A stretch of DNA of 63,932 nucleotides, the filler included, from Octopus bimaculoides (Eukaryota): NCBI RefSeq assembly GCF_001194135.2. It is 6 parts of 5 records of this genome, joined end to end, with 100 filler letters (N's around TTAATTAATTAA, not from the genome) between each part and the next. Parts side by side here need not be neighbours in the genome. Positions count along the whole stretch, not along the records: positions 44,304 to 56,687 come from NC_068985.1; positions 56,788 to 62,820 come from NC_068982.1; positions 62,921 to 63,932 come from NW_026390388.1; 3 more parts are not named here. One strand, written 5' to 3'. Shown piece by piece: positions 51,440 through 63,932 of the stretch. Under the pieces are notes generated by a model. It made no database searches. It had not been told where the DNA came from and saw nothing but the letters and a program-made list of their open reading frames with translations. Numbering within the stretch: the first letter of the stretch is position 1; each line of letters opens with the position of its first letter. Position numbers and translations under genes: made by a program.

Positions 51440-52870
51440 GTCTGATACGTTGTTATAACTTATTCGTTCGTGGTTTGTATTTTTAATGAACATAATCTTT
51501 TTTACTCGTCGGTATTTTATCTATAATTTGTTAAAATAAGAAGAACCAGGAATTGAAGTGATTTGTTTGTTGCACAAATGCTCACTTAGTGGAATATATC
51601 TGGTATCTAATTTCGTATTCGCTACCAGTAAATGTTGAATCTCTTTCTTACGTTTCGTTTGTCTTACGCACTTTCCATTACATCCATCACATTTAATAGC
51701 ATAAATTAAGGTGAAGTGATTTTTTTCCAAAGAAAACATTCCTGATTTCAATTTATAAAATGTCGTCCATAAGGTTGATGCAAGTTCCGTTGCCGAGGCG
51801 ACTACATTTCTTTTATACTTATTGATTGAGGGATTTTATACCTATTAATGAGGGATTTGATGCTGGAAAATAATTTTCTTTAGAGAGTTTGATTGTCTTT
51901 TGCTTTCGGGTTTTTTTTTTTTTTTGTATTTCAAGTACTTTTTCAGTTTTGGGTCTTGCTTCTCGAATGGAATGCTTTGATTAGGTTGTATGTTGTGATG
52001 CTGTGTAGAATATTTGATGCATTTGAACTGATTTTTGTTCTCCGTAATTCTTGAATATCTATTACTTTGGAACGTTCTATTTCAATATCAGTTAACATTG
52101 TTGGGTATTGTCTATTAAAAAGTATTTATTTTAATTCTTAAAGTCTTTTACTTCGAGTTTCAAAATTCAACACTATTGAACATAGCGTTAAATATATATG
52201 AAACTTCATGTTGTTTTTGGCATGTTTTGAGTGACAAAAAGTAAATATCAAATTTGTTTAGAAACTGTCGGTTTCAATATTTGTGTCCTTTATGATGATT
52301 AAAATATGCAAAAAGTGTAGTTAATCTCATCTGTATTCCATTGTGAAGTGTATGTTGTTATATTATCAATTAGGATTTTGAAATCATTGTTTGGATCCAC
52401 AAAACAAGGTGGTCATCTATGTAACGATTTTGATTGTGTAATGTATGGAAGATTGTACTGCACTTTACTGACATATTTTGATTCCTGGGCAGACCATAAT
52501 TAAATTAATGATATTTCATTCTTCTGTGGATAAGATTTAAAAACTACAGTCGAGAGTAACATTGCAAAAGTTAATTTTCAAGATATAGAATTAAATTTAG
52601 AGGCTAAAACACTTATCATAAACCTAATGAAAGGTTCTTTTACATTAATAAGAGTTCTAATCATTCGTAAAATCACAACAATTTAGCTTCCGATGTTAAT
52701 AGATATAAATCGACTTTATATAAAGTTGTAGCTGACTTGCAAAACTGCAACTCAACTACGTTTAGACGTAGAGGACTTTTAGATAAGGCAGAATATATAT
52801 CCAAGCCTGAATCTCTCAACGTAGAAATATTAGACTTATTGAAAAGTAATGCCACATTTATGTAATGAGT
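51440..52870 (-). mobile_element. Penelope-like retroelement (Poseidon/Penelope-type): RT + GIY-YIG remnant
   Basis: Minus strand gives RYIDDHLVLW (YIDD at 52412-52423), FTMEY...LHFL, KRL*EL...RQYP, LIYAIKCDGCNG..V.QT, PLSEH and terminal MFI.KYKP. Many stops. Confidence 0.82.
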
Positions 52871-52911
52871 TCAAATCAGCATAAAATTTCTCGTAAATAT
52901 ATTTATTCATT

Positions 52912-53125
52912 AAGGCGGCGAACTGGCAGAATCGTTAGCATGCCAAGCAAAACGCTTAGCGAAATTTCGTCCGTCTTTACGCTCTGAGCTCAAATTCTGC
53001 CGAGGTCGATTTTGCCTTTCATCCTTTCGGAGTCGATAAAATAAGTATCAGCTGAGTACTGGGGTTGATGTAATCGAATTTCTCTCTCCCCCGAAATTGT
53101 TGGCCCTGCCAAAATTTGAAACCAA
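52912..53125 (+). mobile_element. Full-length SINE family B
   Basis: taaggcggcgaactggcagaatcgttagc...ctgagctcaaattctgccgaggtcga...gccaaaatttgaaacc. Confidence 0.88.
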
Positions 53126-53159
53126 ATATATTTATTCATTCAAAATATAATAATTACTG

Positions 53160-53926
53160 TTAGCAATAATATTTTCCAACCTCGAAACCAGTTTTCTGAT
53201 TCCTAGAGCGCAGTTTCGAAATCGTCCCTGCTTTTTGAATGTTTTTCAACTGGTAAAGTGTTTAAGTGACATGAATAAGTGAAAATCTCTGTTGCTAGAT
53301 CTGGTGAGCAGGAAGGGTGAGGTAGAGCTTCCTAGTGTAAAGGATTTATCTTTTCTTGTTGCAAGTTGTTGCACTCACTTGGGTGGGGAAAACATATGAG
53401 GAATACACTTGCCTTCCCTTTGCACTTTCTCCATGTGCTTGAAATAATTTTGCACAGTGATCAAGATTTATTAAGCTTCTGAAATAAGTTCCCTATACAC
53501 TGACGTGGATCGCTTTCAATTGCTGTTTTCACTGCGTCAGTATTGAGAACCATTGGTTTTCCTGATCGATATCCACCCAAAAGATCGAAACCACCGTTTT
53601 TTGAATTTGTTAAACCGCCATTGGTATTTCCGAACAATCAGACCATTAGGATATGTATTATGTGTGTTTTCTCTTGTACGTGTTGCATTGTTGCCCTTAA
53701 GAAAATTCGTAAAGCATGCAACGTCGAATATGCAGCTCTAAAATTCTTATATTTCATGGGCTATCAGATATACACACACAGGCGCATGTCCACATTAACG
53801 TTTGATCATTAACTCTGAGCTGATTGGTTGATTGCCAGGATGTTTTCCATTTGCTCGTAAACTATTTATAGCATGACGTCAGACTATTTGCTTGAAAATA
53901 TAATATTACTTTTCGCTACCTCCAAC
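53160..53926 (-). mobile_element. Internally deleted mariner remnant
   Basis: HTH region (KGNNAT...WRFNKFK.GGFDL..YRSGKP..LNTD.VKTAIESDPRQ) and GKCIPH (WVPH-like), joined to EALPHPSCSPDLA (YSPDL-like). A degenerate TIR (ttggaggtagcgaaaagtaat) lies near 53926. Confidence 0.8.
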
Positions 53927-54675
53927 AGAAATGGGCAAGGAGATTTTTAATCCTTTCGTTTTAGAAAGAAACACAGATATTATAAAATTCTAATTAAAGT
54001 CACGTACCTGTGTTGCAAAACTTTAGCCCCATTTATTACGTGACGCCTATTAAATAATCTTAATATTCACACCAGACGCACTTATAATTGAATAAACTCT
54101 CGTAATTATCCGCTTAATGAAAACCATCTTGCTAGTACCATAAAATATTTTGCCAAAAAGTGAATGAATGATGACAGCCAAAATCCTACACTGGATCATC
54201 AACGAATAAATTTAAGATACGTTATTACTCACACACACGACCCAAACAAGACATATTCGACTGGTCTCTCCAGATATATTTGGAGATTGAGAGGGTCCTT
54301 GTAATAGTGTTTTAATATAATTTCCGCTCTTGAGACAGAGTTGTCTTTTACCTCACCGAAAAGAGGTTTTAATGTTAATAAAGAAGAACAGCTTGGAATT
54401 TAAGAAAATAAATTGTTTGCAAATGTAATTTTCAAGAGACGAATCCAGCATATGACAAATTTCGGCGCGAAATTGTTGACACATAATAAAGTAAATAGGG
54501 AGAAAATAAATAAGGAAACGAATAATATACTACACAAAACGGAACATAAATTGAAGACGGGAATAGCATCCATGCCCAGACATGATTACATGGAAGACGG
54601 GAAATAAAGAGCATCTCTTGCATGACAGTGACACTCGCTTAAAACTACTACCCGACGTCATGGCAAGTAGATAGT

Positions 54676-54707
<32 letters not shown>

Positions 54708-55313
54708 TCGAGCCCATCGTTGGTGTAACCATGATATTCTGGTGATCTCATGAGCTAGCGTTCTGTATTTCCATTGATTTGTGAAAATATAATTGTATTG
54801 TGTAATGTAAAGCATACATATTAATGCAAACGTGCCATGGTCTGAAGGTTGTTGGTCTCGTCTGTGGTGGTAACTAGTTGAGTTGATGAATGAAAATATG
54901 CTTCTTGGGCTGCGTGTAGAAATAACTGAACAACACAAGCAAACATTTAACAGAAGATTTTATTATCGTTCATAAAGACAAACTGAACTGGCTTTTTACA
55001 GATGTCCACAGCAATAATTACATACTGGGAGAGAGATACTGCTTGGAGTTTACAGCAAATTCTTAATACGGCAACCCGCGGTTTGCCCAGCATAAATAGA
55101 AACAACTGTGCTATATTCCTGACGAAGGAGGTTCCTGTCATTTATCTGCGCCATCTGTCTTAGCCATCTTCCTGAATCGTCTAGCTAGCAACAAAGCGTG
55201 CTTACGGTTTTTACAGTGGAGTGGATATCAAATAGTAGAATGTTCGAGAAAACCTGTCTACGCCAACGCTTCACGGTGATTAGTCGGCTAATAGACCAAT
55301 TATGTGATACAAT

Positions 55314-55375
55314 GATGGTTTGCTCATGATGTCTGACCCCGTATCCAGGAATTCGGTTTCGAATCCCCGCTACAC
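55314..55375 (+). pseudogene. Degenerate tRNA-Arg-like sequence / SINE head
   Basis: gtctgaccccgtatccaggaattcggtttcgaatccccgct resembles the anticodon arm and T-arm of eukaryotic tRNA-Arg, but the stems no longer pair. Confidence 0.35.
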
Positions 55376-55509
55376 ATATAAGCATAATTTTCCCACACTG
55401 GAATTAATATTTGATAAAGAAGGTTGTGAAACGGCTATAGCCCTAAAGATGCCACGGGGTTAAATAAATACATATATTTACCTAGCATACCTCTTGACTT
55501 ATATGGCTT

Positions 55510-55555
<46 letters not shown>

Positions 55556-56409
55556 NNNNNNNNNNNNNNNNNNNNNNNNNNNNNNNNNNNNNNNNNNNNN
55601 NNNNNNNNNNNNNNNNNNNNNNNNNNNNNNNNNNNNNNNNNNNNNNNNNNNNNNNNNNNNNNNNNNNNNNNNNNNNNNNNNNNNNNNNNNNNNNNNNNNN
55701 NNNNNNNNNNNNNNNNNNNNNNNNNNNNNNNNNNNNNNNNNNNNNNNNNNNNNNNNNNNNNNNNNNNNNNNNNNNNNNNNNNNNNNNNNNNNNNNNNNNN
55801 NNNNNNNNNNNNNNNNNNNNNNNNNNNNNNNNNNNNNNNNNNNNNCTGTGTGTGAGTGGATGCGACATAATAAAACACAATATAAGACTGGCCGTCATGT
55901 AAACAAAAGAGTGTGTGCGAGTAATACATGTATGTGAATGCGTGAGATACAGAGTTAGATTAGAGTCAGTAACACGTATAAGAATTTACCAGTTCTTAAT
56001 TAGAGTACACAGTGGTAAGTGTCTGTATATAAGAAGTTAAGGCGTGTGGGGCAGAGCGATCACTCGGCGTGATGTTAGGGCTTCTATGCCAAGCCGGGTT
56101 CTTGAATACAGATGTTCTTCGCAGGCTGGGTTCTTGGCTGTTATTTTTCGTGGCGAAGCGATTCACACTAACAGGGTCGAAGAGAAGTGCTGCGGTTAGC
56201 TGTTGGTAGCTTGTGTACGTGTAGAGTCATGTTGACGCTGGCGGCGATGCTGGTAGTCGTAGTTGGACGATGCTGTTGGCGACGTCGGGGGGCGATGCTT
56301 GTAGTTCTTAACTGTACGATGGTGTCGATGTCGTCGCTGGAACTGGCTGGTTGGTTTGTGGTGTGTTACGCGTGTGTGGCCGGCGGCCAGATCTAAGAGA
56401 TCTAAAGCG

Positions 56410-56530
56410 CGACCATTTGGCAGGTATAATTTAGTCTATTTATAGCTGAAGGTAGGCTCCAGAGAAGCATTAGAAAAACACTATCACGTGACCTTATTAG
56501 GGGCTACGGTTGGTCAGTTTGCGTCATGGG
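56410..56530 (-). promoter_or_regulatory. Candidate Pol II promoter (or LTR U3): TATAAATA, E-box and CRE-like site
   Basis: On the minus strand: TGACGCAA (56526-56519), GTCACGTGA (56492-56484) and TATAAATA (56444-56437), directly upstream of a CpG-rich block. Confidence 0.4.
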
Positions 56531-56687
56531 GAGAACGGGTGGAGAAATTTACCCGCGCAAAGAATAGTCAGTCATGTGATGGATACAGCAGGCTGCTCTC
56601 TGCTACGCCCGAATTTGAATATATTTATAACAGTGGGGAAGATGGTCTGTTTGTATATAATGGCGATAGAGGTTAGTTTCACTACAT

Positions 56688-56787
56688 NNNNNNNNNNNNN
56701 NNNNNNNNNNNNNNNNNNNNNNNNNNNNNNNTTAATTAATTAANNNNNNNNNNNNNNNNNNNNNNNNNNNNNNNNNNNNNNNNNNNN
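56688..56787. other. Artificial 100-bp scaffold spacer
   Basis: 44 N + TTAATTAATTAA (56732-56743) + 44 N. Confidence 0.97.
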
Positions 56788-58859
56788 ATATATATATATA
56801 TATATATATAACACTGCTGGATATTCAGGATATTTACAACAAATGCCAGTCATAGTACAGTACACTTATATGCAATATCATTCACAATATAGTACACTTA
56901 CATTGTGCTCTATATTGTAACTGTATGTTCATCAATACACTGTACAAGTGTCAGTGCAAATACCTTAAATTTCAATAACAGTACAATATACTTATGCTAA
57001 ATCACAGCTACAATGACGTAGTTTTTTGGGGTTTTTTTAATTCCTGTCACACTTAATGTCTAATACTTTGAAGTAAACTTACACTGAACAGCTACCACAT
57101 TTACAATTTATCAGGTTCCACCTGGCCACATATCTTTAACCATAGTCACGTGTCGGCTTAAGCCTTGTGAGTAAAAGAGGATAGATGGAAACTTTATGGA
57201 AGCCTGTTGGATAGACTATAATAAATATGTCCAGCCTTGCACATATATCATACAATATCCGTCAAAGAGTTATGAGAAGGTTACCTGTGTCTATGTATCC
57301 GTGTGTGGATATATGTGTGTTAAGTTGTAGTTATTATTGTAAAGGAAACTTAAAAGTAGCAGCTGAATATTTACAGAATAGAAGAATCGGCTCCACGTGA
57401 CTTAAAGTTTTGCATGCTTCTTAGTGAAACCCAGCTCATTCAAACTCATTTAACCGAATGAAGATATACAGGATATCAAAAGAGAACCTCTTGGACGTAT
57501 GGTTGGACAGGTAACTGGTGGCGTCTTGGTGTCTGACCGACCTTTGAGAGACTTGAAGACCAACACAAACATGGCCAGCGAGAATGTGTGTATAAACCAG
57601 ATGTGTGAATGTGTGGATGTGGGTGTCTAATGTCTGTACGTAGCATTTAGAAATACCAACAAAATATGTTTTCAGAACAATTTCATGGCGTAACTGAAGA
57701 TCTGGTATATTTAATACCTTAACTTTTCAATTATTTGCATAGCTTTGTGTCGTTAATATTCGTATCATCCAAGGTGGTTGGATTGGCAAAATTCGTAGGA
57801 TGTCAGACACAAAATGCCATACCTTTCTTTCATCATTCCGGGGTCAATATACTAAAGTAAGAGTCAAATACTGAGATAGTTTTAATCGACTGATTCTGCT
57901 GAAAACAAAAATATCATGGCTATATACCAATGCTAGAAATCAATACCTGCATCAACGACTTGAAGAAAATATCAAAATAGGAGAGTAAAGCGATATCATT
58001 CCGAAACCAAAATTATACATAAAAGAAATATTAAATCTCCTTAATAATACTATTTTTTTTAAAAAACTGATGCTTCTAGAGCTAAAGTGTAAACTTTTCG
58101 TATCAACGGGGCATTTGACCGTGTCAACTATAAGTTTCCTTACAAGTGTGAAATGACTAGCTTTTATAATGCAAGCACATGCTACACTAACCTCTGCTAA
58201 GTCTTGGAAAACGGAAGGAAGCGCAGTAAATAAAATATCATATAAATCATAGCTGAAGAAGTCATTACCTTTCTGAGACACAATATATATAGTTAACTCC
58301 TGTAGATGAAGACAGCAGAGATATATCTCTTACTTTTACAGAAAAGCAGTTTTATAGTGTTAGTTTTTTTTTTGTTTTTTTTTTCTTTTCCTTCACACAT
58401 AAAAGACAAATATATAAAAATTAGTTGTTTCAGTGTCTATGTGCATATATCCCGGTATGCGTGTGAAGCACTATATGTAGAAATATGTATTTGTACGTAC
58501 ATATATAATTTGCACAAATATAGTTAAGTATCAATAAATATGTATACGTATAAATAAGTTTGTGCATGGTGGTATGTGTGTATATATATATATATTAAGA
58601 GAGAGAGTGAAAGAAAGATAGATATATAGATAGATATACAGATGTATATATACACACATATACACACGTATATAAATATATAGTATGTGCATATAAGTTT
58701 GTGGCATTGTTTGTACGCGTGTATATCAATATGTATGCAAACGCATCTATCTATCTATATATATATATATATATATATATNNNNNNNNNNNNNNNNNNNN
58801 NNNNNNNNNNNNNNNNNNNNNNNNNNNNNNNNNNNNNNTATATAGACAGAAGACAGATC

Positions 58860-58955
<96 letters not shown>

Positions 58956-60465
58956 TCTGCATTTGTGGAATGGAATATAGCTGATGGAAAAACGAAACCT
59001 ATATTTATGATGGAAAATAAAAACTGAATTAAAATACTTTTTTTTCTATTGGGGATTTTTATCTTTTTTTTTTTTTATCCTGAGAACAAGACATGACAAC
59101 GCGTTTTATTGAACTCAGAAAATATATGGTAACATTTAGATATGTAAACATGGCTTGGATACACATTTGTATACGTATATCGAATAGATTTGTTTCGATA
59201 AATACATACAGTTGTGTAGAGGTGTGAGGGTGTATGTGCCCACGGATTTATATAGCCATTTCTTCATTTGTGCATGCATACAAAAGTGTGAATAAATATA
59301 TGCGTGTTTCTTTACTTTCAAAAGTTGATATTTGGCAAAGACATTAAGGGATATACTGAAGATATACATAGCACATTATGAGAAGACATGGGGAAAAAGA
59401 GTTAGTTTTGCTGAAATCGACACAAAATTGCAAGAATTTCATATAACAAAGTTAATCTTTCAAGACCAGGCACACACACATACACACACGCGTACACACA
59501 CAGTCTTTTCCGTTTGTTTTCCTGTCTTGTTTTCTGTCCGCCACTACACTCCTCCATGGTACAAATTTAATTTGTGGATACAAATTTAATTTGTGGTCCG
59601 TGGGAAGAGCCATTTTAANNNNNNNNNNTTTAATTTGTGGTCCGTGGGAAGAGCCATTTTAACGATGCGTCCTGCCCTAACTCTTCGAAACGCCTGTGTT
59701 AGAATGGTGGCAGCTGATGAAGGAAAATGTACTCTGGTTATTATTATTTTTTTTTGTCTACATTTTGTTTGTAACATCCTGTACCCAGATATGCACCTAT
59801 ATATACAGGTAGATGTAGGTATGCACATACTTGTACGTATATATGCATATACTCATTTATTGTTTGTTTTATATATATATACCTATGCTGGCTATTAGGA
59901 GGGAGAGTGCATCAACTCTTGACAAGTTCTTTCCAGCATCTTTCTCGGTGTGAAGCACCTTTATGAAGTGCTGAAAAGAAGGATGGTAAGTTTCCTACCG
60001 GAGTATGAACTCATTAGAACCCTAGTTCACAAATTCAGTGTCCCCGTTTTCCCAAGTTGCCATGAGCAAGTCCAGACAATTGAAGCTCTTTTCGGCATAT
60101 TAAGAGCTGAAGAAAAGAACTGTTATTTGGGTTGGTCTCACAAATAAATATAAAGCGCTAGTAAAATCGTTGAGGTTAAAGAGAACAACTGAGAACTAAA
60201 TGATCTGAATACGGTTGCAATACGAGACTCACAACCGGGACTAGAATGTGTTCTAGCCAAACTGATACTCTTCCAGAAGAAGAGAAATTTGTGACCAAAG
60301 GAATCCAGCTTAATGAGGAAGAGCGCAGTACTAAAACCATTACCTTAAGAAACCAATGTCCATGACCACATGAGAAATATCTTAATAGAGTAGTTATTGT
60401 TTTACTTGTTTCAGTAATTTCACTAGGGCCATGCTGCAGCACCGCCTTGAAGGATTTTAGTCTAA

Positions 60466-60505
<40 letters not shown>

Positions 60506-60529
60506 CACACACACACACAGACAGACGAA

Positions 60530-61430
60530 TAGCCGGATTACTACCTCCCACATTGAGGAGTATGCGTTTGCAATCCAGGTGCTGGAAATATCAACCAAGT
60601 ACCTGTTGCACAAAAGGGATAGAGATGCAGGAAAAGCCGTAAAATGTGACAACCGATGCAAACTTTGTGGAGTGCACACTGAAGATATCACCTACATCAT
60701 AAGCAGTTGTCCGAAAATATCATCACGGTTTTATCTACCGATGAGACATGACATTGTAGCTAGGACACTCTATAATGAAATGTGTCGGAAGGATAATCCT
60801 GAAGACAAAGAAATAAAAGCCCACAATATGGCAGAAGCCATAGCCACTCATAATAATATGGAATACTGGTGGAATGTACCAGTGAAGACCTCAATAAACT
60901 GTAAGCACAACAGATATAATGATTTGGGATAGATGTTAACATAAAACTGAAGATCAATGAAAAAGAGAACACCTAGTTGAACTATTGAGAAATCTGCAGT
61001 TATTCTTTCAAGTTTATACCTGTAATTATTGGTGCTGTGGGATATATAACACACTGCCTAAATACCAATTTTGAGAAATTAGGCTTCTCAAAACCAAAAA
61101 GGAGAAAGCTAATTCGAAGACTACAGATCCAATCCCTCACTGGAACTGTAAAAATCTGTAAAACTTTCCAGAAGTTTATTATTTAAGTATATATGAGCAT
61201 GTCTAGATATGCAACTATATGCATGAGAATACATACATAAAACATAAATCTGCACATACATACATACATACATACATACATACATACATACATACATACA
61301 TACATACATACATACATACTCTGTTGTTGATGTTGAAATTCAATTGAAGGAACATTGGATCTAGGTTAGAAACCGATTCTTTCTCTATTGGCAAGAAATC
61401 TTAAAATAAACTGAATAATGACATACATAC
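60530..61430 (+). mobile_element. R4/Dong-like (RLE-type) non-LTR retrotransposon 3' end
   Basis: FAIQ..EISTKY, CKLCG..TEDITYIISSCP (CCHC-derived knuckle), RHDIVA, EYWWN.PV, DIMIWD, FIPVIIGAVG and terminal ICKTFQKF*. The 3' UTR has AATAAA and runs into (CATA)n. Confidence 0.88.
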
Positions 61431-61884
61431 ATGCATACATGCATATATATATACATACGTACGTACATACATGCATACATACATACATGCATGCATACAT
61501 ACATACATACATACATACATACATACATACATACATACATACATACATACATACATACAACCAGCTGGACGAGATGTCCTTCTGGGGTTTAAAAAAATGG
61601 TAGTAACAGCCATGTTGAAATAACAACAAAGATTATTTTCAGTATTGTTAATACTTACATCTCTTATAGAGATTTTAGAACTAGTAACTTTGCTAGTTCT
61701 AATGTCGCTTGTTTTTCTTATGTTGCGAGCTAGGACGAATGACTTCCACGTCTAGCAGACAGGTGTCCAGTACTGACTTAGAGAAATACCCTAAAACCAG
61801 ACCGTTATACTTGTCTAGTCACCGATAGATGGTAGGAGTTCGCTCCCCTGCACCGATTGGGTCGTTAACTAGCCGGAGGAGATG

Positions 61885-61909
61885 TCCGCCGCCGCCGCCG
61901 CCGCCGCCG

Positions 61910-61977
<68 letters not shown>

Positions 61978-62060
61978 CTTGTTGTTGTTCTTGTTGTTGC
62001 TGTTGTTCTTGTTGTTCTTGTTGTTGTTCGTTTGTTTGTTTGTTTGTTTGTTTGTTTGTT
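61885..62060. repeat. (GCC)n-(GTT)n-(GTTT)n microsatellite, probably the tail of the adjacent SINE
   Basis: Directly visible. Confidence 0.9.
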
Positions 62061-62350
62061 CCTTCTCGAGCTATGCTTGACTGATAATGGCCGGTTTCCT
62101 GGCCATTATCATATAGGTTCCGTCGCAGTTGAGCTGCTAGATGCAGGAGGAAAGAGTGAGAGAAAGTTGTGGCGAAAGAGTCAGCAGAAGTTCGCCATTA
62201 ACTTCTGCCGGAGCCTCATGGAGCCTAGGTGTTTCACTCATAAACACACACATCGCCCAGTCTGACATTCAAACCCGTGATTCCTCGACCGCAAGTCCAC
62301 TGCTCTAACTACTAGACCATGTGCCCCCACATTTCTAAAATATAACTGAC
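62060..62350 (-). mobile_element. tRNA-derived SINE, family D
   Basis: Minus-strand head ggcacatggtctagtagttagagcagtggac...gggtttgaat (A/B-box-like), ending in the AAAC/AAC tail. Confidence 0.8.
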
Positions 62351-62820
62351 GACATCAAAAAGCTTTGAGTATTCTCGATGATGCACTAAACAACAATTCA
62401 GTGCAGTAAAAGCAATGTGAATCAACACCATGTTGCACCATTCTGGAGGTTTTTTTACATAGTGGGTGAGAAGACACTGCTGACGCATACTCAAAGAAAA
62501 GCCAGGACACAGACTTCTGGAAAATATATTGCATATATTCCTTTTAATTCAAGATTCCGAAGAATTTTGTTAGCACAACATTAATACTTCAAATTTCGTG
62601 GAATAAGTGGAGAAATATATGCAAAGTTCTTTACAGTTCTATGTCGGAATTGAAACGATTAAAGTTTCTAGTAAGGTCTTCTCAGAATTCCTCTATATGT
62701 ATTTACGTCGCAAGCTCCACTTGTAAAAGAGCATACGCATCACGGCTTCCATTTTTATTTTAAAATCTCCAGACTTCATCTTCTTTGCCTGTAGGTAAGA
62801 AAAACAAATTGGTATTTACA

Positions 62821-62920
62821 NNNNNNNNNNNNNNNNNNNNNNNNNNNNNNNNNNNNNNNNNNNNTTAATTAATTAANNNNNNNNNNNNNNNNNNNNNNNN
62901 NNNNNNNNNNNNNNNNNNNN
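62821..62920. other. Artificial 100-bp scaffold spacer
   Basis: 44 N + TTAATTAATTAA (62865-62876) + 44 N. Confidence 0.97.
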
Positions 62921-63806
62921 GATCGAGCCTGGGAGCACGTGTTTCCGAAACGAACGCTAACAATATGATTATACCTCGGCCTTTGTTTATTTATTTATTC
63001 ATTTATTTATTTATTTATTTACTTACTCACTTACTTATGCTGTATGACATTGCATATATTTATTGTTGCTGCACATTTTGTCAGAGTTTTGCATGTCGTT
63101 GTGTCGAATGTCATGAGATCGTTGTTGGAATGTGCGTCTCTTTTCATTGGAAAATAATGGCGTTTCTTCCGTTTCCCAATGCTTTGTTTTGTCGAGATTC
63201 AAAGCTTGTGCTTCAGCAAGTTGGTAATGCTTTGTGCAAGGTGTAAATCTGGAGTCTTTTCAGGAGTGTGCGTGAGTTTTATGTAAGGTTCATTCCATTT
63301 ATTTCTTTACAAAATTATCGCCTCCAAACATTTCTCACGCTTAATAACGTTAGTTTTTCTTTTTATACGTCGATATTGTTGTTGTTCCGTCGGTGTTCCA
63401 CTCGAGGCAATCCCCCTTTTTAAGATGTTTTTTGTTCGCTCTGACACAATATAATATCAAGTGTGACCGATTTATATATATATATACATATATATATAGA
63501 AGTAGGTTATGTTTTGACGGAGATTTGTCTATTTCTCGTAGGTCAACTGAGTGCAGCGAAGTACTCTCTTTGATTCGTTCGTATTACTACAGTTATTGTT
63601 GTCGCTTAACTCGGTTCAATTTTGATTAAGATTTATGAGCAATAAGGCGAGCAAGCCGAAACTTCAAAGTCACTGTTAACTTCATCATTGTAAAAGTTAA
63701 ATAGTTTGTGCTATATCAAAAAATACTAATAATTCTTCAGTTTTATGTTAAATTGTTTCTATATATAAATTGACATAGAAAATAAGATTAATACGCACGC
63801 GCCGCG

Positions 63807-63843
<37 letters not shown>

Positions 63844-63855
63844 AAACGTCTATAA

Positions 63856-63886
<31 letters not shown>

Positions 63887-63932
63887 TGCGTGTGTGTTTT
63901 TATAAATATATAAATATATATATATATATATA

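Noticed and set aside
57952-58281. 109-aa minus-strand ORF
   Set aside because: No family signal. The plus strand has a faint, stop-ridden resemblance to PLE RT, too weak to annotate.
59585-59662. 34-bp direct repeat
   Set aside because: It flanks a 10-N gap, so it is a contig-overlap artefact like 22781-23434.
59890-60380. Coding-like stretch upstream of the R4/Dong fragment (ORF 59950-60147)
   Set aside because: Interrupted by stops with no motif I recognise. It may be a decayed TE but cannot be assigned.

Overview
AT-rich, microsatellite-dense and heavily gapped eukaryotic genomic DNA. The SINE and RTE families point to a coleoid cephalopod, probably Octopus (my inference, no search run). 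The only host gene I can support is UDP-glucose 6-dehydrogenase (UGDH). Four internal coding exons lie on the + strand (1017-1181, 7142-7339, 8842-8989, 10306-10400), with canonical GT-AG sites and consistent phases. They include the catalytic Lys (SELSKL) and Cys (GFGGSC) motifs. I could not find the 5' or 3' exons in the sequenced parts of the window. The rest is decayed mobile DNA: RTE-clade LINEs, Penelope-like elements (PLEs) of two types, a Tx1/L1-like LINE, an R4/Dong-like LINE end, a gypsy-like RNase H fragment, two mariners, a hAT remnant, MITEs/foldbacks and many tRNA-derived SINEs. Five identical 100-bp artificial spacers (44 N + TTAATTAATTAA + 44 N) split the window into six segments, whose adjacency is not proven. 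I see no CRISPR array, rRNA or intact tRNA. Most ORFs in the supplied track are microsatellite or N-gap artefacts. The most interesting signals are: a minimal type I hammerhead ribozyme with an intact catalytic core, antisense in a UGDH intron (2432-2530, - strand); a foldback element whose two arms each carry a decayed hammerhead core (45236-45924); a sharp CpG-depletion boundary near 18.9 kb; inverted RTE copies flanking a 441-nt, frame-preserving UGDH exon block; and a TATA/E-box/CRE promoter-like CpG-rich block (55990-56687). None of these is demonstrably a new biological system; they are testable candidates.
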